The notes below the pieces were generated by a model. The model saw only the letters and a list, made by a program, of their open reading frames with translations, had not been told where the DNA came from and searched no databases. The translations under genes and the position numbers were made by a program. Of a DNA stretch of 56,623 bases, positions 8,619-18,298 are shown piece by piece; within the stretch, counting starts at the first letter, position 1, and each line of letters starts with the position of its first letter. The DNA comes from a virus (taxonomy: Duplodnaviria; Caudoviricetes), in the IMG/VR virus record IMGVR_UViG_3300009320_000019, positions 1 to 56,623 of that record; one strand, 5' to 3'.

Positions 8619-9249
8619 CGTAATCCCAATGATCTCCTGCTATTCTATGCTTACATTGAATATCAGTATCACAATAAACCTCTTTTGATTGATTACAAAA
8701 ATAAATATCTTCTCCAAGTGTTACTCTACCTTTTTCATTTCTAATTACTTTAAATTCTTTATTAAATAATTTTTTTGAAATTAATGTACATCCCATACCA
8801 ACTCTTTCTACTTTAACTAATCCAGTTTCAATTTTATCTACAGGCATAGATTTACCATCTTCCATCCAAGCATTTGGAATTGGAAAATCAGTATTAGAAT
8901 CTAATACCCAAACGATTGCAGAAACAATATCTTTTTTATGAACTAATAATTTTTGAATTATATCTGGAGGAACTAACACATCAGCATCAATAAATAAAAT
9001 ATAATCATAGTTTTTTTCAATAGCATATTTTAATGCTAAATTTCTTGCTTTAGTAATTCTATCGAATGCTCGTTCTAAATAAAAATTAGTATAATTAAAT
9101 TCAGTAGTAATATAAATTCCATTTTTAGAATTATCTAAAACTAAAATTTCTTTATTTTTATAAGAAATATTATTTAAAGATTCTGTAACTTCTTCCCAAC
9201 AATGCTCTTTCTTTTCATTAATAGGCACAGCGATTAAAACAGATTCCAT
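8608..9249 (-). CDS. GT2-family glycosyltransferase
   Basis: ARN, FIDADV DxD motif, GMGCTLI, GEDIYF. Confidence 0.85.
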   Translation of the reverse strand: MESVLIAVPINEKKEHCWEEVTESLNNISYKNKEILVLDNSKNGIYITTEFNYTNFYLERAFDRITKARNLALKYAIEKNYDYILFIDADVLVPPDIIQKLLVHKKDIVSAIVWVLDSNTDFPIPNAWMEDGKSMPVDKIETGLVKVERVGMGCTLISKKLFNKEFKVIRNEKGRVTLGEDIYFCNQSKEVYCDTDIQCKHRIAGDHWDYDVD

Positions 9250-9269
9250 GAGTATTTTATAGAGTGGTA

Positions 9270-9321
9270 ATATTTAAATGTTTCTATTGATAATCTATAT
9301 ATAATAGAAAGATTTATATAA
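9270..9321. promoter_or_regulatory. Divergent BRE-TATA promoter pair (GT operon leftward, packaging arm rightward)
   Basis: minus AATAGAAACATTTAAATA; plus AATAGAAAGATTTATATA. Confidence 0.7.
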
Positions 9322-9343
9322 CATCTTCATATTATAATATGTT

Positions 9344-9493
9344 ATGGTAATAAAAAATATATTAATTTACAAAGAAGAAATAGATTTTGGAATGGATATA
9401 GATTATTTATATGATCCCAATACAGATAAATATGAATTAGTTTATGTCGATTACATAAAAGGAGAAGATTTAATAGGGGTTGAGTTTAAATGA
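9344..9493 (+). CDS. 49-aa hypothetical protein
   Basis: Leaderless position after TATA; ATGA overlap with next gene. Confidence 0.5.
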   Translation: MVIKNILIYKEEIDFGMDIDYLYDPNTDKYELVYVDYIKGEDLIGVEFK

Positions 9494-10194
9494 TACAAAA
9501 GAAAATAACTAAAAATTTAAATGATAAAGTAAACGATTGGGTAGACAATGCAATCTATCAGGAAGATAGAAAAAGGGTTCAAGAAAGATTTTATTGTAGT
9601 GCTATGGGAATGTGTCCTAGAAAGTTATATTTTATGCAATTAAATCCTAAACCTATTACTAAAGAACTAAGAAGAATATTTGAATTAGGAAATATTATTC
9701 ATGAATTTATTGAAAGAGTGTTTAAGGATGCTGAAGGGGTTACTTTATTAGATTCTGAAAGAAGTCTTATAATTGCTAAACCTGGAAGCCCAGTTGTATT
9801 GGCTGGTAGACTTGACAATTTTATCTTAGTTCAAGATACAGATGAAGAAATAATTGTTGAAGTAAAAAGTATAAAATCTTTTAAATATTTAACAAAACCA
9901 AAACCAGAACACATTATGCAATTAATGCCTTATTTAAAAGCAATGAATTTAAAGAAAGGTGCTTTAGTTTATGTTAATAAAATGGATCTGGCTGTGAAGG
10001 TATTTGAAATTGATTATGATGAAGATTTAGTGATTAAAGCATTTGATAAGGCAGAAATGATTTATAATGCAATAGTTAATAAAACACCACCAGAAAAAAT
10101 AAAACTTGCAGAAAGATGGCAATGTTCTTACTGTGATTATGAACTTGAATGTGGAGAGGTAGAAGAAACTCATGAAAAAAGTAATACCATATAA
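9490..10194 (+). CDS. Stand-alone Cas4-like PD-(D/E)xK exonuclease
   Basis: CPR, GNIIHE, GRLD, EVKS, QLMPY, CSYCDYELEC (1+3 Cys Fe-S pattern). Confidence 0.85.
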   Translation: MIQKKITKNLNDKVNDWVDNAIYQEDRKRVQERFYCSAMGMCPRKLYFMQLNPKPITKELRRIFELGNIIHEFIERVFKDAEGVTLLDSERSLIIAKPGSPVVLAGRLDNFILVQDTDEEIIVEVKSIKSFKYLTKPKPEHIMQLMPYLKAMNLKKGALVYVNKMDLAVKVFEIDYDEDLVIKAFDKAEMIYNAIVNKTPPEKIKLAERWQCSYCDYELECGEVEETHEKSNTI

Positions 10195-10393
10195 TTATGT
10201 GGAAGACGAAAAGATAGAAGATTTTAGTAAAGCCTTTAAAACATTATTTGGGGATTCTGTAGATATTTTAGTAAAAAATGTTAGAGTTGGTGGTGACTCT
10301 AGCATAGTTTATGTTCCTAAAAAATATGCAGATAAAGTAGTTACTATTATCGTTTGGAAAGACAAAGAAAAATATTACGAGATGGAGGATTAA
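10172..10393 (+). CDS. DUF2080-like (AbrB-fold) small protein
   Basis: VRVGGDSSIVYVPKKYADKVVTIIV. Confidence 0.65.
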   Translation: MKKVIPYNYVEDEKIEDFSKAFKTLFGDSVDILVKNVRVGGDSSIVYVPKKYADKVVTIIVWKDKEKYYEMED

Positions 10394-10558
10394 ATTGGAA
10401 GAAACATATAGTTCTATGAAAGAACACAACTATAAATTGAAAGTTAAGAAAAGTGTTAAGGGTACCATAAGTTGGTCTTATACAGTTTCTGCAGATACTA
10501 TTGACACACTTAAAGCTAGAAATGAAGCGGTAAAAACTTATATTCAAGAATCTGTAGA

Positions 10559-11947
10559 ATGAGGGCTCTTTCAGAGATTTTGGAAGGAGAAGAATATGAT
10601 GTTTTTATAATGAAGGGGGCCATTAGCCCAATTTATTGGATTTCTCATGTTTTCGGGTATAAATTAAAACCTTTTCATAAGGACTGGTTAAACTTAATTA
10701 GCAAAAATAGATTTCTAAACATTACGTCGTTCCGAGGTAGTGGTAAAACTGCACTTTTAGCAATTGCTTATCCACTTTGGTTAGCTTGGTATAAACATAA
10801 TCAAGATTTTTTAATAGTTTCTAGTTCTTATAAACACTCTTTAAGAATAATGAGTTTGATTAAAGAAGAAATTAGAGAAAACGAATTGTTAAATCAATTA
10901 AGGCCAGATGATAGAAAGACTTGGAAGGCAGATGAAATAATTACTAATACTAAATCTAAAATTTATTGTAGGGCATATAATGAAAATATCGCGGGGGTTA
11001 GAACAGATTATGTTCTTTGTGATGAAGCTAGTAAATTTGTGGACAATAATATTTTTCATAGAATTATTGAACCAACTGCAGACCTTAGAAAAGGAACTAT
11101 AGTAACTATTGGAACTCCTGAAAGTAATGTGGACCTTTTAAGTGAACTTTCTACAAATTCTTCTTATACTTCACAAACAATTAAAATTATAGAAGATGGA
11201 AAAAGTACATGGCCAGAAAAATATTCTGTAAAAGAAATTAAAAACATTAGGCAAAGAATTGGTGAACACGCTTTTCAATCTGAGTATCTATGTAATCCAC
11301 AAGCACAGGCAGAGAATGCATTATATCCAGCAGATGTTCTTTCAGAATGTTTTGATATTAAAAGAAAATTTACTTCACAGAAATTAACAAGTGAGGGTAG
11401 TTTTAGAGTTTTAGCAGCAGACTTCGCAATAGCACAAGGTCCAAGAGCAGATTTTGATGCTTACACAGTAGTTGAAAAAGTAAAAGGAAAAATACATATT
11501 AAGCATGGAGAAAGACATAAAGGTTTTCCTAAAACTGCAAAAGTTAGAAGATTAAAAGAATTGTTTGAACAATTTGATTGTGATACTATTATAGTAGATC
11601 CGACAGGAATTGGTGCGTCTGTTAAGGAAGATTTAAAGAATCAATTTTTTCCAGTACAAGAACAAGCATTCCATTCTATTGCTAGGTCTCAATTATTAAT
11701 GACATTAAGAGTTGCAATGGATGATGGACTTTTAATCATCCCAAGAGATCCGAACGATGCATTAACCCTTACTTATACAAATACATTAGTTACAGAACTT
11801 TTAGGCTTTAAAGAATCTACTTCAGAAAGGACAGGGAATAGATCTTATCTTTCAACTGCGCCACATGATGATACTGCAATTTCTTTAGCGATGGCTGTTA
11901 AAGCTTGTTCAGAAAAGAGAACTTTTATAGATTTTGTGGCAATATGA
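10559..11947 (+). CDS. terL: Terminase large subunit
   Basis: Walker A FRGSGKT, Walker B VLCDEA, GTP coupling motif, RNase H-like ADFA...D...HDD. Confidence 0.95.
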   Translation: MRALSEILEGEEYDVFIMKGAISPIYWISHVFGYKLKPFHKDWLNLISKNRFLNITSFRGSGKTALLAIAYPLWLAWYKHNQDFLIVSSSYKHSLRIMSLIKEEIRENELLNQLRPDDRKTWKADEIITNTKSKIYCRAYNENIAGVRTDYVLCDEASKFVDNNIFHRIIEPTADLRKGTIVTIGTPESNVDLLSELSTNSSYTSQTIKIIEDGKSTWPEKYSVKEIKNIRQRIGEHAFQSEYLCNPQAQAENALYPADVLSECFDIKRKFTSQKLTSEGSFRVLAADFAIAQGPRADFDAYTVVEKVKGKIHIKHGERHKGFPKTAKVRRLKELFEQFDCDTIIVDPTGIGASVKEDLKNQFFPVQEQAFHSIARSQLLMTLRVAMDDGLLIIPRDPNDALTLTYTNTLVTELLGFKESTSERTGNRSYLSTAPHDDTAISLAMAVKACSEKRTFIDFVAI

Positions 11948-11963
11948 TAGAAAGATTTATATA
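11947..11963 (+). promoter_or_regulatory. BRE-TATA promoter
   Basis: ATAGAAAGATTTATATA, identical to the copy near 9304. Confidence 0.65.
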
Positions 11964-12004
11964 GTTTTGAGGTTTATAAATAAATATATTGCTGGGCTCC
12001 TAAT

Positions 12005-12247
12005 ATGAATATTAAAAATATATCTAATTTTATAAAGAAAGAAAACATTCTTGATTACATTTCTTTTATTAGGCAATTTATAATAACTATTTTAATATAT
12101 GGAATTTTAGTTTCATTTGTTTTAAAATATTTGATAGAAATCCCCATAACTTTTGGGGGTATATTTAGTTATGGATTTTTAATTTATTTTTTAAAATATG
12201 AAGTTCCAATAATTATAAAAGCGAGTATTCCAGATAAAAGGAGGTAG
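12005..12247 (+). CDS. small membrane protein (2 TM)
   Basis: Two hydrophobic stretches. Confidence 0.6.
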   Translation: MNIKNISNFIKKENILDYISFIRQFIITILIYGILVSFVLKYLIEIPITFGGIFSYGFLIYFLKYEVPIIIKASIPDKRR

Positions 12248-12252
12248 AAATA

Positions 12253-13566
12253 ATGCAAACAATTACACAGGCTCTTTTTGGTGGTAAAATTTCAAAAATA
12301 CTATCCAAACCCGTAAATGGTGAAACAGGTGAGCCAGAATCTATCAAAAGTACACCAACAGTAAAAAGAATTAATAAATATGAACTTGAATTAACATATA
12401 TGAAAAATCCTTTAATTTTTAATTCTATAAATAAAATAGTTCAAACAATTATGTCGGCTAGTTATCATTTAGTTTGTAAAGACGAAAAAGTAAAAGAATA
12501 CTTTGAAAATTTTATAGAAGAACTAGGAAAATCTGGCACAGATATTACTTGGGAGGAATTACTTTCTCAAATATTTAAAGATCAATGTATCTATGGAGAT
12601 GCATGGATAGAAAATGTTTATAATAAAAAGGGAAACAAAATAGTAGATTGGGATATAATAAATGCCAATACTATGGACTATGCTAAAGATGGGGAAGGAA
12701 ATATTTTATTAGATGATATGGGGAGAGTGCTTGGATATACTCAAACTTTACCAGCAAATGTAAGAATTTCTGAAAATATTCTTAAAAGGAGCATAGCAAA
12801 AAAACCTAAATTATGTGTATTACCAGATAATGCTATTTTTATTGAAAAAGACAGAGTGGCCCAATTAAAATTATATTGTATTGGAGATGGATTTTATCCA
12901 GTAGGACTTATAGCACCCATTTATCAAACTTCATTAAGAAAGATGAATATGGAATATGCCCTTTCTAATGCTATTTACAAACACGGATTTCCAATAGTTC
13001 ATGCTAGTTTAGGAGATTTAAACCACGAACCAACACCTCAACAAATACAAAGTATGCTTGAAAAGTTAAAAAATATTAATTTTAAGCAAGAAATAGCTAC
13101 GCCATATTATTATGATCTAAAAATATTGGAAAGTAGTAGAACGACATCATTAAGAGAAAATTTAGAATACTTCAAAGAAGCAGAAATAACTGGATTGGGA
13201 ATACCAGAAACTTATGCTACTGGCGTTGGGGGCGACACCAATAGGGCAGTATTAGATTCCCAGGCAGCATTATTTCAATTAACCCTTAGAGATATTATAG
13301 AAAAAACAACTTCTGCAATAAGGAGATATATGTTTGCACCAATTTGTAAATTAGAAGGCTTTGATGAAGTTCCAAAATTAGATTGGGATATTATAGGCAT
13401 TGATGAAGTTGAGAAAAAAGCAGGTAGGATAGTTAGTTATGTTAAAGAAGGAATATTGGCTCCAGATGAAAAATTAAAAAAATTAATTACAGAGATAGAA
13501 CATTTGGGTCCAGATTTTGATTTACCCCCAATAGAAAAAGGTGACACAGAAAAAGAAGAAAAATAA
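12253..13566 (+). CDS. Portal protein
   Basis: Position after TerL, 437 aa, IYGDAWIE, YPVGLI, GLGIP patterns. Confidence 0.85.
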   Translation: MQTITQALFGGKISKILSKPVNGETGEPESIKSTPTVKRINKYELELTYMKNPLIFNSINKIVQTIMSASYHLVCKDEKVKEYFENFIEELGKSGTDITWEELLSQIFKDQCIYGDAWIENVYNKKGNKIVDWDIINANTMDYAKDGEGNILLDDMGRVLGYTQTLPANVRISENILKRSIAKKPKLCVLPDNAIFIEKDRVAQLKLYCIGDGFYPVGLIAPIYQTSLRKMNMEYALSNAIYKHGFPIVHASLGDLNHEPTPQQIQSMLEKLKNINFKQEIATPYYYDLKILESSRTTSLRENLEYFKEAEITGLGIPETYATGVGGDTNRAVLDSQAALFQLTLRDIIEKTTSAIRRYMFAPICKLEGFDEVPKLDWDIIGIDEVEKKAGRIVSYVKEGILAPDEKLKKLITEIEHLGPDFDLPPIEKGDTEKEEK

Positions 13567-13576
13567 AGAGGTAGAT

Positions 13577-15250
13577 ATGGAAGAAATAATTTTAGGCCCG
13601 AAGGTTAATAAGAAAGTCACAGAGACTCTTAATTTGGATAAGAAGACACAACTTTTAAAAGAAAATTTAGATATTTTGATGTTAGATCACTCTAGGGCAA
13701 AGAAGTTCTGGGATGGTGAGTTAAAGATTTATTTATCAGATAGGATAGATAAAAGAATCTTAAATAAATTATTATATATTGTTTCTGACGATTTATGTTA
13801 TGGAGTTGCTAAATTAGTTTATCCATGTAAAATAAATAAATTTTATGCTAAAGAAAATAATTTAGTTGATGAAGAATTGTTTAATAAATGGTGGCCACAT
13901 AAGGAAGTTCTTTATACTTATAAAATAAAATCAATTAAAAGATTTGCTAAACCTTTTGAAGTAACTGTAAGCGATGATAAGATTACTCATACAGCAGAAG
14001 GAGTTTCTTTTGAATTAAGAGAAGATGTAAAGGAAGAAGAAGTAACTTTTCCAGAATCTTTTACACCCATGAAGTATTCCCAAAAATTTAAAGATACTTC
14101 AAAATTATTAGACCATTTATTTGAAAAAACAGAGAAATATGTAATAGAAAAAATGCATGGGGGAATAAGAGTTATCCTTATGAAATTTGGGGAAAAAGTT
14201 AAAATATTAATGGGCGAACAAGATATAACTTCAAATTTTCCAAAAATTATTGAGAATTCTAAAACATTAAGTAGCGGGGATTTTATATTAGATGGAAATA
14301 TTATAAATAATATTTTGTATTGTTATGACTGTTTATATCTAAATGAATCTATAGAAGAATTATCTTGGGGAGAAAGGAAATCAAAATTACATAGTTTCCA
14401 ATTCACTAAAAACATAAAAGAAGTAAATAGCACAATTATAGAAAATAAAAAAGATGCTGAAATTGAAATTAAGTTAAGAAACCTAACTGATGGTGGAATA
14501 ATAATTAAAAGATACAATAGTAAATATTCTAAAAATGAAAAAAGTGTAGATTGGATCACAGTAGAACAAGAAGAAGGTGGGCCAACTACTTCCGGAACTA
14601 CAGGAATTGATAAAGTTGTTGGAAAAAAGATTAAGTATAAACCTAAAAAGAAAAAGAAGAAAGAAATGAGCGCAAACAATCAAAGATATTTTTCTAAATG
14701 GAGCCCAACAATGGCATATTATACAGGATTTATAACTGCGGATAGTCATATTGGTATAAAAGAAAATGTTATTGATATTATTGTATCTACAGAAGATAGG
14801 TCTGTAATAGAGGGTTTAGCAAAACAATTAGGTGGTGTTGATATTAAATCTAAAAAAGGTGGTTTATTACAACTTAGATGGTATTCTGAGGAAACTATGA
14901 AGGATTTAAAAAGATTAGGAATTGCAGGAGATAAAGAAAAAAGAAAAATAAGTGTTCCATCTCAGTATACTTGGGATTTTATTAGGGGATATTTTGATGG
15001 TGATGGAAATGTTAGTAAATCCGAACAAAAATTACAATTAGATAATGGTATTGCTAGTATTCAAAAGTGGGTATTTCAAAAATTTAAAGGAATTGCAGGA
15101 AAAGATGCCCATTTATACAAATATACTAAACATTGGAAAGTGCCACAATATAAAATTGTAGTATTAAATGATGGTGCTAAGAAAGTACATAGAAAAATCT
15201 ATTCTAGACAACCATATTTAAAAAGAAAAACTGCGAAGTGGTTAAAATGA
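13577..15250 (+). CDS. Fusion: ASCH/PUA-like + degenerate ATP-dependent DNA ligase domain + LAGLIDADG endonuclease domain
   Basis: Ligase-like EKMHGGIR, FILDGN, YDCLYLN, GIIIK; AYYTGFITADS and FIRGYFDGDG; GAGGT SD before 13577. Confidence 0.7.
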   Translation: MEEIILGPKVNKKVTETLNLDKKTQLLKENLDILMLDHSRAKKFWDGELKIYLSDRIDKRILNKLLYIVSDDLCYGVAKLVYPCKINKFYAKENNLVDEELFNKWWPHKEVLYTYKIKSIKRFAKPFEVTVSDDKITHTAEGVSFELREDVKEEEVTFPESFTPMKYSQKFKDTSKLLDHLFEKTEKYVIEKMHGGIRVILMKFGEKVKILMGEQDITSNFPKIIENSKTLSSGDFILDGNIINNILYCYDCLYLNESIEELSWGERKSKLHSFQFTKNIKEVNSTIIENKKDAEIEIKLRNLTDGGIIIKRYNSKYSKNEKSVDWITVEQEEGGPTTSGTTGIDKVVGKKIKYKPKKKKKKEMSANNQRYFSKWSPTMAYYTGFITADSHIGIKENVIDIIVSTEDRSVIEGLAKQLGGVDIKSKKGGLLQLRWYSEETMKDLKRLGIAGDKEKRKISVPSQYTWDFIRGYFDGDGNVSKSEQKLQLDNGIASIQKWVFQKFKGIAGKDAHLYKYTKHWKVPQYKIVVLNDGAKKVHRKIYSRQPYLKRKTAKWLK

Positions 15251-15411
15251 CTAAGGGAAGAAAGATTGGACAGACAGATGTAACCATGTCAGATGTACAG
15301 CAAATCATTGAATTAACTAAAAAAGGTTGTTTTAGATCAGAAATAGCACACTTAACAAAACGATCCAAAGATACAGTTTATAGGTATCAAAAGAAATATA
15401 AAATAATCTAA
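15247..15411 (+). CDS. 54-aa HTH DNA-binding protein
   Basis: GCFRSEIAHLTKRSKDTVYRY; ATGA overlap. Confidence 0.65.
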   Translation: MTKGRKIGQTDVTMSDVQQIIELTKKGCFRSEIAHLTKRSKDTVYRYQKKYKII

Positions 15412-15425
15412 TTCTCCACAAGACA

Positions 15426-15439
15426 TATAAATACGAAAA
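15426..15439 (+). promoter_or_regulatory. Putative late promoter motif TATAAATACGAAAA
   Basis: Exact copies also at 20762, 28370, 42461. Confidence 0.7.
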
Positions 15440-15489
15440 TATAAAATTAGATTTAAATAGCTATGTATTTATTTTTAGGAGGTCTTACC

Positions 15490-16734
15490 ATGGAAGACAT
15501 AAATGAAATTAAACTACCTTATACCATCAAAGATAAAATTTTAATGAGCCCTGGAGTATGGAATGATTTTTACTATTCTGAAGAAGAAATTCAAAAAGCA
15601 TTTAAAAGTACAGATTGGAATGCAAAAGAAAATAGATCCTTATTCTTAGATCATTTAGATGGTTCTGGGCAAGAAAAGTTTGGAGCATTATCATGGGTAG
15701 GGGAAATAACCAACCCAAAAATTAAAAATGGTGTTTTAACAGGTGATTTAGTAATAATAGATAAAAATTTAGCACAAAAATTAGAATATGGTGCTAAAAT
15801 GGGTATTTCTCCAAAAGTAACTGGAGAAACAGACGAAGCAGAATCTGTTATGCAAAATTTTCTATTTGATAATTTTAGTGTAGTCATCAATCCAGCAGTA
15901 AAAACAGCATATATTAATTTAAGTGAGATGGCAAAGATTACAGATTTTGAAACAAAAAGGAAAAGTATGGGGTGGTCAGTTAGTGAATTTTATGCTATAC
16001 CTAAAGATCCACCAAGTTCAAGCAAACTACCTATATTTGATGTAGCTCATGTAAGAAATGCTCTTGCAAGGTTTAATCAAGTAAAGGACATAACTAAAGA
16101 AGAAAAAGCAACCGCTTGGAAAAAGATTTTAAAAGCAGCCAAGAAATTTGGAATTAAAGTAACAAAAACACAGGAGGAAATTACAATGGCAGAAGAAGAA
16201 GCAGTAGTCGAAGAACCTAAAGAAGAAGTTAAGGAAGAAGTGACTGAAGAAGTTAAAGAAGAACCTAAGGAAGAAGCAACTGAAACTGAAGAAGAAGTTG
16301 AAGCTGAAGAAGTTGAAGCTGAAGAAGAAGTTAAAGAAGAAGAACCTAAGGAAGAAGTTGAAGAAGAAGTAACTGAACTTAAGGAAACTGAAACTATTGA
16401 AAAAGCTGAGGAAACTCTTTCTCAAAACCTTATTGATCAAATTCGAAAATTAGTTAATGAAATATTAGCTGAAAAAGAAAAAGATAAGGAAGAAGTTAAA
16501 GAGAAACCAAAAGAAAAAGACAAAGAAGACGAAGAAGAAGAAAAACCAAAAGTAGAAGAAAAGAAAAAAATGAATGATAATACTGAAGAAGTTGAAAGAC
16601 TTAAAAAAGAATTATCTGAAGTTAAGAAAAAATTAAACGAACCTGACAAAGTAACTACAAAAGGAGTAACTGCAGAGTTAGGTACAAAAGAGGATGTGGA
16701 TGTAGCATTCTTAAAACTATTAGGAGGGATATGA
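15490..16734 (+). CDS. Prohead protease + DUF6582-like domain + acidic scaffold
   Basis: LDH, GISP, SVVINPA protease-like motifs; LPIFDVAHVRNALARFNQ; Glu-rich coil; precedes MCP. Confidence 0.75.
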   Translation: MEDINEIKLPYTIKDKILMSPGVWNDFYYSEEEIQKAFKSTDWNAKENRSLFLDHLDGSGQEKFGALSWVGEITNPKIKNGVLTGDLVIIDKNLAQKLEYGAKMGISPKVTGETDEAESVMQNFLFDNFSVVINPAVKTAYINLSEMAKITDFETKRKSMGWSVSEFYAIPKDPPSSSKLPIFDVAHVRNALARFNQVKDITKEEKATAWKKILKAAKKFGIKVTKTQEEITMAEEEAVVEEPKEEVKEEVTEEVKEEPKEEATETEEEVEAEEVEAEEEVKEEEPKEEVEEEVTELKETETIEKAEETLSQNLIDQIRKLVNEILAEKEKDKEEVKEKPKEKDKEDEEEEKPKVEEKKKMNDNTEEVERLKKELSEVKKKLNEPDKVTTKGVTAELGTKEDVDVAFLKLLGGI

Positions 16735-17675
16735 AAATGAAACGATCAGTTCAAGAATTAGCAGACGAAGTAACAATACAAACTGCAACTGGTATCTCTA
16801 CTGTTCAGGGTAAAAGATGGCTTCAAGAAATATTAAAAGCTGCAAAGCAAAAGATGTTTTTCGAACAATTCGCTTATGTATCTGACGCAGGCAAAGGCAT
16901 CAAAGATGTAGAAGTACCAATAGCAACTAGTAACATAGATTTTACAGACAGTAAAACAGAAGGTCAAGAAAGAACTTTAAGTTATATTGATAACTTAAGC
17001 ACAGTTACTTTCACACCTACCAGCCATAACTTTGGCGCAGCAGTATCAGCAGAAGTTGTAAGAACTTCACAAGTTGATGTTGTTAGATTCGCAAGAGACC
17101 AAATGGCTTATGATATGGCTTTAACCATTGACACAGCATTTGCAACTGAATTAGCAACTGCAACACCAGCAGCAACACTATACGGTGGAGATGCAACAAA
17201 TACAGCAACTTTAGCAGCAGGCGATGTAATGACACCAGAAATAGTTGCTTCCGCAATTAGAGCTTTAAAAGTTAATGGATGGGTAGGAGAACCAGGAAAA
17301 CCATTGGTAGCATTTATTTCACCATACCAAGAAGAAGCATTGATGAAAGATTCTCAATTTGTGAATGCATCAGAATATGGTGGAAATGAAATTGTTATGA
17401 ATGGAGAAATTGGAAGATATTTGGGAGTAAAAATAATCTCTACAAACCAAGTACCAAGTTCATCAACTTGGGGTGCAGGCAGTAATTTAGATGGAAATAC
17501 ATGTTTTGTTCTAAAAGCAAAAGTTTCCTATGGAATTATATATGCACAAAGACCAAAATTAGACTTTGAATACAAGAAAGACGAAGCAGCTCACTATGTA
17601 TATTTAGATACCGCTTATGATATCGAAAATTTACAAGAAGGTGCAATCGTACACATAAAGGTACTACAAGTATAA
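16731..17675 (+). CDS. Major capsid protein (HK97 fold)
   Basis: Position, 314 aa, NGEIGRYLGVKIISTNQVP. Confidence 0.9.
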   Translation: MKMKRSVQELADEVTIQTATGISTVQGKRWLQEILKAAKQKMFFEQFAYVSDAGKGIKDVEVPIATSNIDFTDSKTEGQERTLSYIDNLSTVTFTPTSHNFGAAVSAEVVRTSQVDVVRFARDQMAYDMALTIDTAFATELATATPAATLYGGDATNTATLAAGDVMTPEIVASAIRALKVNGWVGEPGKPLVAFISPYQEEALMKDSQFVNASEYGGNEIVMNGEIGRYLGVKIISTNQVPSSSTWGAGSNLDGNTCFVLKAKVSYGIIYAQRPKLDFEYKKDEAAHYVYLDTAYDIENLQEGAIVHIKVLQV

Positions 17676-17723
17676 ATCTTTTAATATTTTTTAAAATATT
17701 AAAGGATACAAGGAGATGAGAGA

Positions 17724-18239
17724 ATGACAGCAGATTTTTGTTGGGTTGAATATACTTCACCTACTCAAAGTGCCGAACCTAATCATCTTAATCTTGGAAG
17801 TACTAACGCAGTAAATATGACTGCTTATGATTGGCCTATCACTACTGGTACATATTCATATAGTAAATATGTGGCTGGATATTGGTATGGAACATTTAGT
17901 TATATTCAAAATTTAAAATTTTGGGTATCCAATTCTTGCGGAGGTTATGTGACTGGAGAAGATTTGAAATGGAGCGGCACAACAACTAGTTATGCCGGTA
18001 CAGATGCATCTTCTGTAGTAACGCCAACAAACAGTGCAGACGCTTTAGCAAATCAAGACATGGTATGGTCTGAACCAGCAACTAATAATTTAGGTTTCGC
18101 AGGCAATAATGCCTCAAATTCATGTTTAGATGCAAGCGGAAAAAGCGATTGGCTTGTTTTACAGGCAAGCATAACTTTATCAGCAACAGAAGCAGTAACC
18201 AACACAAAAACATTTACTCTTCAGTATGAAGAAGTTTAA
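17724..18239 (+). CDS. Putative minor virion protein
   Basis: S/T-rich beta protein after MCP; C-terminal FTLQYEE. Confidence 0.55.
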   Translation: MTADFCWVEYTSPTQSAEPNHLNLGSTNAVNMTAYDWPITTGTYSYSKYVAGYWYGTFSYIQNLKFWVSNSCGGYVTGEDLKWSGTTTSYAGTDASSVVTPTNSADALANQDMVWSEPATNNLGFAGNNASNSCLDASGKSDWLVLQASITLSATEAVTNTKTFTLQYEEV

Positions 18240-18249
18240 GTAATATATA

Positions 18250-18274
18250 TTTTTTTTATTTTTTTTATTTTTTT
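18250..18274 (+). terminator. Oligo-T terminator
   Basis: Long T tracts directly after the stop codon. Confidence 0.65.
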
Positions 18275-18298
18275 GAATAGATTAGGGGGATTGAACAG

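Noticed and set aside
14660-15250. Intein
   Set aside because: LAGLIDADG is C-terminal with no HINT blocks, terminal HN or C-extein
16190-16620. GAA-rich DNA repeats as a separate element
   Set aside because: Explained by the Glu/Lys-rich scaffold coding sequence
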